The notes under the pieces: generated by a model
Database searches by the model: none
What the model was told of the DNA's origin: nothing
What the model saw: only the letters and a program-made list of their open reading frames with translations
Assembly (NCBI GenBank): GCA_964467345.1
Contig: CAYXPY010000007.1
Span: forward strand, 11,868 to 75,867
DNA length: 64,000 bases
Source of the DNA: an uncultured Thermoplasmatales archaeon
GTDB lineage: Archaea; Thermoplasmatota; E2; DHVEG-1
Reading direction: 5' to 3'
Program-made: the position numbers and the translations under genes
Shown here: one piece after another, positions 36,345 to 44,552 of the stretch
Layout: each line of letters opens with the position of its first letter
How positions within the stretch are numbered: the first letter of the stretch is position 1

Positions 36345-38876
36345 ATGATGAAGAAAATAATGGGAATTTTTGTTTGTACGCTGATGATAAGTGGTGCACT
36401 GGTAAGCGCTCAGAACCTTTTAAATGACAAGAAAGAATTCAATAACGATACTGGAACTCTTACTGTGACGATACCGATAGGTCCCTATCAAATCGTTGAA
36501 GAAAAACAAGGCTTTGAAGTGGAAATTGAGAGTTTCGGACGTCTGCTTATACCAGGAAAACCAAGCCTACCATCCAAGATATTTTCTATCGCAATCCCTC
36601 CGGGTGCAACAATCCAGGACGTTACTTTTGAAGCAAAAACTAGCACTGTTCTTCCAGGTGAATATAAAATAGCACCCAACCCGTTACCACGAGTTATTGG
36701 TGCAGAGGATTCAGTTCTTCGAGATAGCGATCAACAACAATACGAGGAAAACCTAAAATCCGTCTATAGCCAAGATAACCCTTATCCTGAGACAATCGGA
36801 GAGCTTGTCGGAACCGGTGGGTATCGAAAATATAACCTCGTCGATGTCAGAATCACCCCAGTCATCTATTATCCTGTTTCTGGTAAATTGATGTACTATC
36901 AAGACATCATCGTTCAAGTTCAATATACGATTCCAGAGAAATTTTCCGCTGGGGACATCATGGTGGACAACCTCGTAAAAACAGAGGAAAACGCCAAGAA
37001 GATTGTTTTTAACTATGATGCTGCTCAGGAATGGTACCCAATAAATATACCCGGAGGCCGAGAACAGTATGATTATGTAATCATTACACTTGATTCTCTG
37101 ACCTCGGCGGTAACGCCCTTGGTCGATTGGGAAAGTGCCAAAGGAAGCAGTGTGAGCGTTGTCACAACCAGCTGGATTAGTAACAACTATGAGGGATATG
37201 ACCTTGCCGCAAAGATGCGGGAATTCTTACGTGACAAGTATCCCTCAGGTACATGGGGAATCACAGATGTATGTCTTGTGGGTGGTTACGATGATGTCCC
37301 CATACGACGTACCGCACAGAATGTCGGGTATGGACAGCCGGAGACTGATTATTACTATGCAGAGTTATCCCTCCCCGATAGTGAATCCTGGGATGCCAAT
37401 GGGAACCATCAGTATGGAGATGACTCCGATCCTATCGATTTTGAAACAGAAATCGTCGTCGGTCGTATTCCTTGGAGCGACCCGGACGTTGTCCAGAGTA
37501 TCTGTGAAAAATCTGTTGCCTATGAGCAGAATAATGATGATACGTTTAAGAAGAACATCCTTCTGCTTGGTGCGTTCTTCTGGTCAGATACAGACAACGC
37601 GGTTCTTATGGAATATAAGACAAATCCATCGAACTACCCATGGATGTCTGACTGGACGAAAACAAAACTCTATGAGGATACCCAATCACAGTATCCCTGT
37701 GACTATGACTTAAGTTACAGTAATGTCGAATCAGTATGGTCTGAGGGAACGTATGCGTTTGTGAACTGGGCAGGGCATGGATCACCGACCGCATGTTACG
37801 AATATTATCCATCCCAGCCATTTGTTAGTACGGATACCTGTCTTCAGTTAAACGATGAGTACCCAGCGATTATCTTCGCTGATGCCTGTAGCAACTCTGA
37901 TACTGATAATCTCAATATTGGACAAGCGATGCTGAAACAAGGCGGTGTTGGTTTCCTTGGGGCAACAAAGGTCGCTTATGGGATGCCTGCTTGGAATGAC
38001 CCCTATGATGGTTCAAGTCAATCATTAGATTGCTTCTTCACAACCCATGTGACCTCTGGGGAATACACGCAAGGAGAGGCACATCAATGGTCATTGAGGG
38101 AGATGTATGTCAATGATTTATGGTACTACCCGAAATATGAGATGTTCCAATGGGGTGCCCTCTGGGGAAATCCCTCCCTGAGCATGGGAACAGTGACGAC
38201 GAGCAATCCTCCAGCGACTCCAGCAGAACCATCTGGCCCAACACATGGTGTCCGGGAGGTAGAATACATTTTTTCAAGCAGTAGCACAGACCCAGATGGG
38301 GATCAAATCTTCTATATGTTCAGCTGGGATGATGGAACCTCAAGTCAATGGCTTGGTCCGTATTCAACAGGGGTTACGGCTTCTGCCTCACATTCATGGT
38401 CTGAACTTGGCACTTATAATGTGAAAGTAAAAGCAAAAGATACGAATGGCGCAACAAGTGATTGGTCCCAGCCCCATGAGATATCCATTGTCTTAAACGA
38501 TGCACCGGACATCCCAACAATCTCAGGACCCGGAACGGGAGCTCCAGGTAAGAATTACTTGTTTAAGATGCAAACGGTCGATATCAATGGAGATGATGTG
38601 TACTACTTCATTGACTGGGGTGATGGTACAACCACTGAATGGATCGGCCCGTTTGCCTCAGGAACACAAGCGACAACAACCCATAGTTGGAGTGAAGAAG
38701 GAACGTATACAGTCAAGGTGAAAGCAAAAGACATAGCAGGTGACGAGAGCGACTGGGGAACGATGGATGTGGTGATGCCTTTTAACTATCGGTTTTCGCT
38801 ACAGACATTTCTTGAGAACCTCTTTGAGATGTTCCCTCGTCTGTTTCTAGTTCTTCAGCAGCTTTTAGGGTATTAA
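36345..38876 (+). CDS. Secreted peptidase C25 (gingipain-like) with two C-terminal PKD domains and a Gln/Leu-rich C-terminal tail
   Basis: Signal peptide MMKKIMGIFVCTLMISGALVSA. YDYVIITLDSLTSAVTPLVDWESAKG...LVGGYDD. His/Cys context WAGHGSPTA and IIFADACSNSD. PKDs FYMFSWDDGTSSQWLGPYS...GTYNVKVKAKD and YYFIDWGDGTTTEWIGPFAS...GTYTVKVKAKD. Tail RLFLVLQQLLGY. GAGGT RBS. Confidence 0.75.
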   Translation: MMKKIMGIFVCTLMISGALVSAQNLLNDKKEFNNDTGTLTVTIPIGPYQIVEEKQGFEVEIESFGRLLIPGKPSLPSKIFSIAIPPGATIQDVTFEAKTSTVLPGEYKIAPNPLPRVIGAEDSVLRDSDQQQYEENLKSVYSQDNPYPETIGELVGTGGYRKYNLVDVRITPVIYYPVSGKLMYYQDIIVQVQYTIPEKFSAGDIMVDNLVKTEENAKKIVFNYDAAQEWYPINIPGGREQYDYVIITLDSLTSAVTPLVDWESAKGSSVSVVTTSWISNNYEGYDLAAKMREFLRDKYPSGTWGITDVCLVGGYDDVPIRRTAQNVGYGQPETDYYYAELSLPDSESWDANGNHQYGDDSDPIDFETEIVVGRIPWSDPDVVQSICEKSVAYEQNNDDTFKKNILLLGAFFWSDTDNAVLMEYKTNPSNYPWMSDWTKTKLYEDTQSQYPCDYDLSYSNVESVWSEGTYAFVNWAGHGSPTACYEYYPSQPFVSTDTCLQLNDEYPAIIFADACSNSDTDNLNIGQAMLKQGGVGFLGATKVAYGMPAWNDPYDGSSQSLDCFFTTHVTSGEYTQGEAHQWSLREMYVNDLWYYPKYEMFQWGALWGNPSLSMGTVTTSNPPATPAEPSGPTHGVREVEYIFSSSSTDPDGDQIFYMFSWDDGTSSQWLGPYSTGVTASASHSWSELGTYNVKVKAKDTNGATSDWSQPHEISIVLNDAPDIPTISGPGTGAPGKNYLFKMQTVDINGDDVYYFIDWGDGTTTEWIGPFASGTQATTTHSWSEEGTYTVKVKAKDIAGDESDWGTMDVVMPFNYRFSLQTFLENLFEMFPRLFLVLQQLLGY

Positions 38877-38909
38877 CCCTTTCTTCTTTCTTTTTCAAAT
38901 TAAAGGAAA

Positions 38910-39446
38910 ATGCACAAAAAAAATACATTCAGGACATCGTTCATCCTTCTTATGCTGTGCACTGTAGCTCTTAGTGGATGTATGGATGAGGGGAATAAAC
39001 CAAATCTTGGTTATGTCAATGAGGAATATGGGTTTGGATTAAATCCACCCAAAGGATGGATTGTGAATGAACAAAGCTACGATCCAGTCAAGTTTTTTTG
39101 CCCCGATCAAAACGACTATCAAGTTCATATTGTTATTAATAGACCTGTGAATCTTAATCAAACACTCGAGGAAATCGCAGATGAGCTTTTAAAGAGTTAT
39201 GAAGAATCTTATTTTAGGAATTTTTCTCTGATCTCACGCACGCCGAAAACAATCAATACCATGAACGCATACGAACTCGTATACCAGGAAGGTAGAGAAC
39301 CAAACATGTTGCAACACAAACAAATTCTGTATCAAAAAGATGATATAGTCTTTACTCTCACATATAACTCACTTGTTCGTACATATGATACCTACATCTC
39401 TGTTGTTGATGAGAGCATTGACTCTTTTGTGATTTTATCAACCTAA
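38910..39446 (+). CDS. Putative lipoprotein, hypothetical
   Basis: MHKKNTFRTSFILLMLCTVALSGCMDE lipobox-like. Confidence 0.5.
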   Translation: MHKKNTFRTSFILLMLCTVALSGCMDEGNKPNLGYVNEEYGFGLNPPKGWIVNEQSYDPVKFFCPDQNDYQVHIVINRPVNLNQTLEEIADELLKSYEESYFRNFSLISRTPKTINTMNAYELVYQEGREPNMLQHKQILYQKDDIVFTLTYNSLVRTYDTYISVVDESIDSFVILST

Positions 39447-39684
39447 GCATTAAAACAAGCTACTAGTAAACTATTTTTTTGTTTACGAATGAGAGACTCG
39501 ATATAGATATAAAAATTTCCTGATTAAAAAATATGTATATATACAAATAAATATCTTTATGTATACCTTTTTCTATTTCATATGTTTTATTTCCTTTTCA
39601 GGAGATCTCTCCCAATTCTTAGGATTCGTTATATTCTTATAGGAGAAGTTGTTATGAGATTATTTTTGGAGGCAACAGAAAAAT

Positions 39685-40635
39685 ATGAAAAAACAAATAA
39701 CAATCATCCTAACAATCGTCTTAATCAGCACTATCATCATAAGCGGATGTAATGAACAACAATCACCAAAAATCTCAACATTTGAAATCACACCAAACGA
39801 AATCGAATTAGGCCAAACAAGTCAATTACGCTGGGTCGTATCAGAGGCTACTACAGTAACTATCGATCAGGGCATTGGTATAGTCCCATTGTCTGGAAAC
39901 AGAACAATAACACCAACAGAAACAACCACATTTACCATCACTGCAAAAACATCAACAGAAACAACCACAGCAACAGCACAAATCATTGTTAACGAACCAT
40001 ATGTACAACCTAATGTAAGCATGTTACAATCAGAATTTTACATAGAAATAATAAAGATTGAGAATTCTCGGGTTCAACAATCCTTAGTCTCCATCGTTGT
40101 AATAAATAAAAACAACAGCGAAAATCAGACAGCCATCCTAAGACCAACCATAATAGAGGGTGACGGAAATAAAAATTATTTGGCAGCAGGAGACGTTATT
40201 ATTTTCCAGAATCTCTCGGAATTTCCAGTTAAACAATTATGGGACATCATACTTTATTACCGAGGAGATGTGATTGGCCAGATAATCTTTAGAAATCCAC
40301 CAGGTCCGTACAATAGCCCGAGAGTCCGTATAGCACAAGTTAAATCTAATGTCACAATCATTGGGATAATAAATGGACCGATCAATCAGACTCAAATCTC
40401 GGTTGTGGCCATAAATAGAACCAGCGGTTCAATACAAACCTCCATGATTGGACCATCTATCATTGATAATGATAACAATCAAAATATTCTTTCAATCGAT
40501 GATTGGATAACATTTAGCAATCTAGGGAAATTTAAAGCTAATGATCAATGGGCAATCCAATTGAAACACGGTGATGATGTTATTGGCCAATGCATATTTA
40601 CTAACCCACGGGTAATCAATATTATACCTACATAA
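39685..40635 (+). CDS. Putative lipoprotein with two internal ~120-aa repeats
   Basis: MKKQITIILTIVLISTIIISGCNEQQ. Repeats ILRPTIIEGDGNKNYLAAGDVIIFQNL...GDVIGQIIFRNP and MIGPSIIDNDNNQNILSIDDWITFSNL...DDVIGQCIFTNP. Confidence 0.5.
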   Translation: MKKQITIILTIVLISTIIISGCNEQQSPKISTFEITPNEIELGQTSQLRWVVSEATTVTIDQGIGIVPLSGNRTITPTETTTFTITAKTSTETTTATAQIIVNEPYVQPNVSMLQSEFYIEIIKIENSRVQQSLVSIVVINKNNSENQTAILRPTIIEGDGNKNYLAAGDVIIFQNLSEFPVKQLWDIILYYRGDVIGQIIFRNPPGPYNSPRVRIAQVKSNVTIIGIINGPINQTQISVVAINRTSGSIQTSMIGPSIIDNDNNQNILSIDDWITFSNLGKFKANDQWAIQLKHGDDVIGQCIFTNPRVINIIPT

Positions 40636-40732
40636 ACAATGAAATAAATAACTAGATACTCGATTGAATCCTACTCCCCTCCGAATAATTCTACAAATAT
40701 AGCAATACAAACAAACACTTTTTGTATTACAA

Positions 40733-40753
40733 TTTTTTTTTAAAAAAAAAAAG
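40733..40753. terminator. Bidirectional T9/A11 tract between convergent transcription units
   Basis: tttttttttaaaaaaaaaaa lies 3' of the + gene ending at 40635. It provides oligo-T on both strands. Confidence 0.3.
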
Positions 40754-41054
40754 TAAGAATTGATTGAATAAATTTTTGTTCTCATTCAAAAGTTGACTGT
40801 GTTTGGCAGCACAAGATTCTTAGCATAATGAAAAAAAAAAAGGTGAAGAAGAAAAAATAATGTCGTGTAAACGGAAAAAAACTAATTGGTTTTCTCCTTA
40901 TTTCTTCTTCTTTTTGACGGTTTTTTTCTTGGTCTTCTTCGCCGGCATTGCCATCTCTCCTCCTTTTTTCATTTTCATATTTCATATCACGTAGTTGATT
41001 AAAAAGGTTTTGTTCATTTTGAAAAATTAAGTCAAATTTTTTTCAATTTATTTT

Positions 41055-43037
41055 TTAGACATCAATGCGCACAGGCAATATAACCACAGGTAAACCTTTC
41101 CATTGCAATCGACGTTGAATAGAAAACGCTGTCTCATTGTGAAGAATCTTATGAAATATCGTTTCATGACGGAACACAAGTTTTGCGGTGAAGAACATGA
41201 CTTTTGGAAATTCTTCTGCTATTGATTCACACAGATGGCTTGCAGTCTCGACAACGTCAGTACCTATATCCATGCGATAATCAGCGGAAAACCCAAGTCT
41301 TTGAGCGAGAGTCACATATTTGAGTAATGAGCTTTGAACAGATGTTTTAAGTGCTTCGATTTCTTCAGCCCCTTTGAAAGACCCAGAATCTATTTCTGCG
41401 ATTGATACAAAAATAATGTTCTTATAGAGGCCGGGAAAGTTCCTGATTAATGATAAAAATGTATTGACCCCATACCCAGAATAACCCGTTACAAGGATAA
41501 CCGCAGTCATATGCTTTGGATTCACCGGCTTCGTATTCAAATGTCCAACAAGATGGATACTTGATAAAAGTAAAATTTCATCGAATTTTTTCATTGCTTT
41601 TTTGATCTTATTATAATGATTATGAATAAGGTAACAGACGATGACTACAGCTAATGTGATAATTAATGTAAGCCAACCACCTTGCACAAATTTTTCATAG
41701 ATAGTGATGATAAGGATTGTAAAACAAAGAATAAACCCTACAATAAAAATGAAAAGATATCGAATCCAATGTTGTTTTTTTACTCTGTCTTTTATTGTTA
41801 ATTTCGTCATTCCGATTTGTGAGAGAGAGAATGTGAGAAACACGTTAATAGCATACATTATCACTAAGACGGATATCGACCCCTCAGTTCCAATCATTAA
41901 TAGAAGAGCGGCAATACCCATGACCATCACCCCATTGCGCATTGTTAATCTCTCTGATAATGCAGAAAATTTTTTTGGGAACCATGAATCGACTGCCATA
42001 TTAGCCATGACACGAGGACCATCGATAAAACCAGTTTGTGCAGCGACAAACAAAAGTAAACCTTCAGAAAATATAATAACTGTTGCAATAAAAAAACCCG
42101 CAGGCCATCCGCTAAAAAGAGTACTTGCAAGGACAGCATTTAACGTCTGACCCTCAACAGGTTGAATGTTCAGGAGGAAATAGCAGATGATGAGAGTCCC
42201 AGCCACAAGAGATAGAGAAATTGCCATGTAAAGCATCGTTCGTTTACCAGTTTTTACCTTTGGTTCTCTCATTACAGGAAGACCATTTGATACTGCTTCA
42301 ATTCCTGTGTATGTCCCACCACCCAATGAAAAAGCACGTAGGAAAATTGCAAGTATGCCAAGAACCCCAATCATTTGCAAATCTCCATTTAATCCTGTTG
42401 AAAACTCATTAATACGAGTTCCGATAACTGTAACTTGACTAAAAATCCCATAACCTAATAAAAGGACATGGCTGACAATAAAAAGGAGAAAGATTGGCGC
42501 AAGGAATGTAACTGATTCTTTAACACCTCTAAGATTCAAAATGATTAATATAAAGATCAAAGAAATTTTAAAGAGAAGTTTGTATTGATGGAATTCTAAG
42601 GGTAAAAAACTAAAAATGGCATCCCCACAAGCAGCAATCGAAACCGTTATTGTAAGGATATAATCGACAAGAAGTGCTGAACCAGAGATAACGCCTGCAT
42701 TTTTACCAAGGGTATGCGTCGCAACAATGTACCCCCCGCCTCCATGTGGAAACTGTTCAATGATTTTTGAATAGGTATATGAAATCACAAAAACAGTGAC
42801 TGCTGTCGCAATCGCCAAAAAAATCGCAAGATACGTATGCCCCGCGATAGCCTTGAACGCCTCCTCGGGACCATACGAGGACGATGATAAACCATCAGCT
42901 CCAAGACCAATCCAGGAAAGTAACGCTATTAAAGATATTTTATGAAAAATTGAAGGGTCTTTGATATTGTGTGGACGACCAATAATCTTTGTTGAAATCC
43001 TGCGAAGTATGCTTGGCGGAGGCGCATCGTCGTCCAT
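41055..43037 (-). CDS. APC-superfamily amino-acid permease with ~200-aa cytoplasmic C-terminal domain
   Basis: Twelve predicted hydrophobic helices. GGGYIVATHTLGKNAG...FSEGLLLFVAAQTGF typical of amino acid/polyamine permeases. C-terminal soluble extension. Confidence 0.7.
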   Translation of the reverse strand: MDDDAPPPSILRRISTKIIGRPHNIKDPSIFHKISLIALLSWIGLGADGLSSSSYGPEEAFKAIAGHTYLAIFLAIATAVTVFVISYTYSKIIEQFPHGGGGYIVATHTLGKNAGVISGSALLVDYILTITVSIAACGDAIFSFLPLEFHQYKLLFKISLIFILIILNLRGVKESVTFLAPIFLLFIVSHVLLLGYGIFSQVTVIGTRINEFSTGLNGDLQMIGVLGILAIFLRAFSLGGGTYTGIEAVSNGLPVMREPKVKTGKRTMLYMAISLSLVAGTLIICYFLLNIQPVEGQTLNAVLASTLFSGWPAGFFIATVIIFSEGLLLFVAAQTGFIDGPRVMANMAVDSWFPKKFSALSERLTMRNGVMVMGIAALLLMIGTEGSISVLVIMYAINVFLTFSLSQIGMTKLTIKDRVKKQHWIRYLFIFIVGFILCFTILIITIYEKFVQGGWLTLIITLAVVIVCYLIHNHYNKIKKAMKKFDEILLLSSIHLVGHLNTKPVNPKHMTAVILVTGYSGYGVNTFLSLIRNFPGLYKNIIFVSIAEIDSGSFKGAEEIEALKTSVQSSLLKYVTLAQRLGFSADYRMDIGTDVVETASHLCESIAEEFPKVMFFTAKLVFRHETIFHKILHNETAFSIQRRLQWKGLPVVILPVRIDV

Positions 43038-43290
43038 ACTATTTTCTTCTTTTATTCATTATTTAGGGAGGAAATTCCTCTACTATTACTCGTAAGAGAA
43101 CCGGGACTGCACATCATTAGGGATTTACTATCCGCTATTAATAATTATTTACCTGAACAATCCCTAACGAGCCATAAAAAGTCGATTAGATGAAATCTGA
43201 CATTGGTGAAAAGAACCAGATAACGAAAGATTACTAAAAGATTTATTTTTAATATTATTAAATAAAAAAAGAAGGGTTGGATAAATGATA

Positions 43291-43614
43291 TTATTCAAGC
43301 TGTTTTGACAGATGAGGCATTCTTGAAGTAATCGCGACAAGAACGATCCAAACTAGTACAATGGCAATAGTCATGGTTCCACCAACTGTAGCTAGTTCCT
43401 GCAACATTACCGGGATTTCAGCAGGGTTTTGCATCGCGGTTAGGAACGGTGGATACAGTACAACTTCCCCATGTGCAATATGCTCGATGGCAAGCATTGC
43501 TACCCCGCCCCATAACATTATGTTCAACCAGCCTATTTTCAGACTTGCAGGGACTTTATTTCTAAAGAGTGTGGTGATAATCCCTGTTGCCATTGGCGCT
43601 ATAAAACATGCCAT
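43291..43614 (-). CDS. Small membrane protein (107 aa), paralog of 43619..43909
   Basis: Three hydrophobic helices. Shared L..MLWGG.AML..EHI.HGE core with neighbour. Confidence 0.45.
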   Translation of the reverse strand: MACFIAPMATGIITTLFRNKVPASLKIGWLNIMLWGGVAMLAIEHIAHGEVVLYPPFLTAMQNPAEIPVMLQELATVGGTMTIAIVLVWIVLVAITSRMPHLSKQLE

Positions 43615-43618
43615 TTTT

Positions 43619-43909
43619 CTACCTCCATTCTAGATTTTGCTTTGGTTTTTTAATGATAAGAACTAGTATCCATATTATGAATACAGGTATTATCATAACA
43701 ATTCCCAGAAGAATGCTATTGTTAATAAATCCTTCTGTTTCCATTTCAACGAATGAGCCGCCTTCATAACCCAAAATATGATCGACAAGTATCATAAACG
43801 TTGCCCCCCAGAGCATCAAGCTTAGCAAATCGAGCTTGTAGATACTAGGAGCAATGTACCAAATCAGCGTCACGCAAATAGCAGCGATAAGTGTTGTAAT
43901 TAACCACAT
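43619..43909 (-). CDS. Small membrane protein (96 aa), paralog of 43291..43614
   Basis: Hydrophobic helices. LSLMLWGATFMILVDHILGYEGG core. Tandem with paralog 4 nt apart. Confidence 0.45.
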   Translation of the reverse strand: MWLITTLIAAICVTLIWYIAPSIYKLDLLSLMLWGATFMILVDHILGYEGGSFVEMETEGFINNSILLGIVMIIPVFIIWILVLIIKKPKQNLEWR

Positions 43910-44096
43910 AGATTCATCTCTTGTGGAAAATTTTTACCTGAATACGATCAATGGTATAAAAGAATTTTGGTAATAAAAATTTTTAATTCGTGCTACCCCC
44001 TTCAAGAAAAAGGAACAAAAAACTAAAAAAAAGAACAAAAATCCTCACAGCAGAATTCTTATAATAGATCTCTGATTTTAGTAAAGTCGTGTAACC

Positions 44097-44504
44097 ATGT
44101 CAATCGAAAGAGTTGGAGTATCTTTTGAACCGAAGCTATTAAATAAATTCGATTTATTGTTAAAAAAGAGAGGATATACGAATCGATCTGAAGCTATCCG
44201 AGATCTCGTAAGAAAAGAGATAATCGAGTCAGATATCAAAGAAGAGGACGCCGAAGTTATCGGCACACTCACGATCATTTACGATCACGATATCGGAAAT
44301 GTTACAGACAAATTACTCCATCTCCAGCATCACCACCACCAAGAGGTTACCTTCACAACACATATCCATATTGACAATCATACATGTCTTGAAATCGTAG
44401 TTATTCGAGGTATATTATCTAGTGTGAAAAAATTTTCAGAGAATGTTAAAGCCCTCAAAGGGATTAAACACGGACAGTTATCAATAACAAAATTATCCAT
44501 TTAA
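44097..44504 (+). CDS. nikR: Nickel-responsive transcriptional regulator NikR
   Basis: Ribbon-helix-helix N-terminus MSIERVGVSFEPKLLNKFDLLLKKRGYTNRSEAIRDLVR. C-terminal nickel site HLQHHHHQEVTFTTHIHIDNHTCLE. Confidence 0.85.
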   Translation: MSIERVGVSFEPKLLNKFDLLLKKRGYTNRSEAIRDLVRKEIIESDIKEEDAEVIGTLTIIYDHDIGNVTDKLLHLQHHHHQEVTFTTHIHIDNHTCLEIVVIRGILSSVKKFSENVKALKGIKHGQLSITKLSI

Positions 44505-44552
44505 AACAATGATCTGACAAATCACGTTAATAGGGCAATAAAAACATTGGAA

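Noticed and set aside
40782-40985. 67-aa minus-strand ORF in the AT-rich spacer
   Set aside because: Translation is dominated by K/E/R and poly-F encoded by A/T homopolymer runs. Most likely non-coding terminator/promoter DNA.
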